NCBI RefSeq assembly: GCF_006345805.1
Contig: NC_042999.1
Coordinates: 59,086,001 to 59,150,000 of the forward strand
Origin: Octopus sinensis
Lineage: Eukaryota
DNA: 64,000 nucleotides
Direction of reading: 5' to 3'
Below the pieces are notes generated by a model, which was given only the letters and a program-made list of their open reading frames with translations, was not told the origin of the DNA and searched no databases. Below, in pieces: positions 63,805 to 64,000 of this stretch (the first letter of the stretch is position 1; each line of letters starts with the position of its first letter). The position numbers and the translations under genes were made by a program.

Positions 63805-64000
63805 TTTTTCTTTATTGCCCACAAGAGGAGACAAACAAAGGGATTAAGTCGATTACAGCGACGCCAATGCGTAACTGGTACTTTATTTATCGACCCCGAA
63901 AGGATGAAAGGCAAAGTCGACCTCGGCGGAATTTGAACTCAGAACGTAACGGTAGACCAAATACGGCTACGCATTTCGCCCGACGTGCTAACGATTCTGC
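63805..64000 (-). mobile_element. SINE family B, running off the window end
   Basis: Reverse complement of the family B tail, central domain and head. Confidence 0.88.

Overview
AT-rich, microsatellite-dense eukaryotic DNA made up almost entirely of transposable elements. The tRNA-derived SINE families and overall repeat content point to an octopus genome (inference; no database search was run). No host protein-coding gene could be supported. Main contents: (1) a full-length but lesioned Tx1/L1-clade LINE (4831-10272, minus) inserted with a target-site duplication (TSD) into the head of a SINE, whose 3' tail matches the tail of a second SINE family; (2) two 5'-truncated R4/Dong-type LINEs in (TAA)n arrays, plus an unclassified 554-bp element in the same array; (3) an old Tx1 copy and an RTE endonuclease fragment; (4) several mariner/Tc1 remnants and MITEs; (5) more than 20 SINE copies or fragments from four families, labelled A-D here. 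The most interesting signal is a set of head-to-head inverted elements beside (TA)n tracts that carry hammerhead-ribozyme folds, as Penelope-like elements do. The element at 30133-31245 has two hammerheads with fully intact catalytic cores pointing outward. The element at 22209-22463 has a variant hammerhead from an unrelated family, and the one at 58928-59287 has only partial motifs. Coordinates were counted by hand; ends of diverged repeats are approximate.
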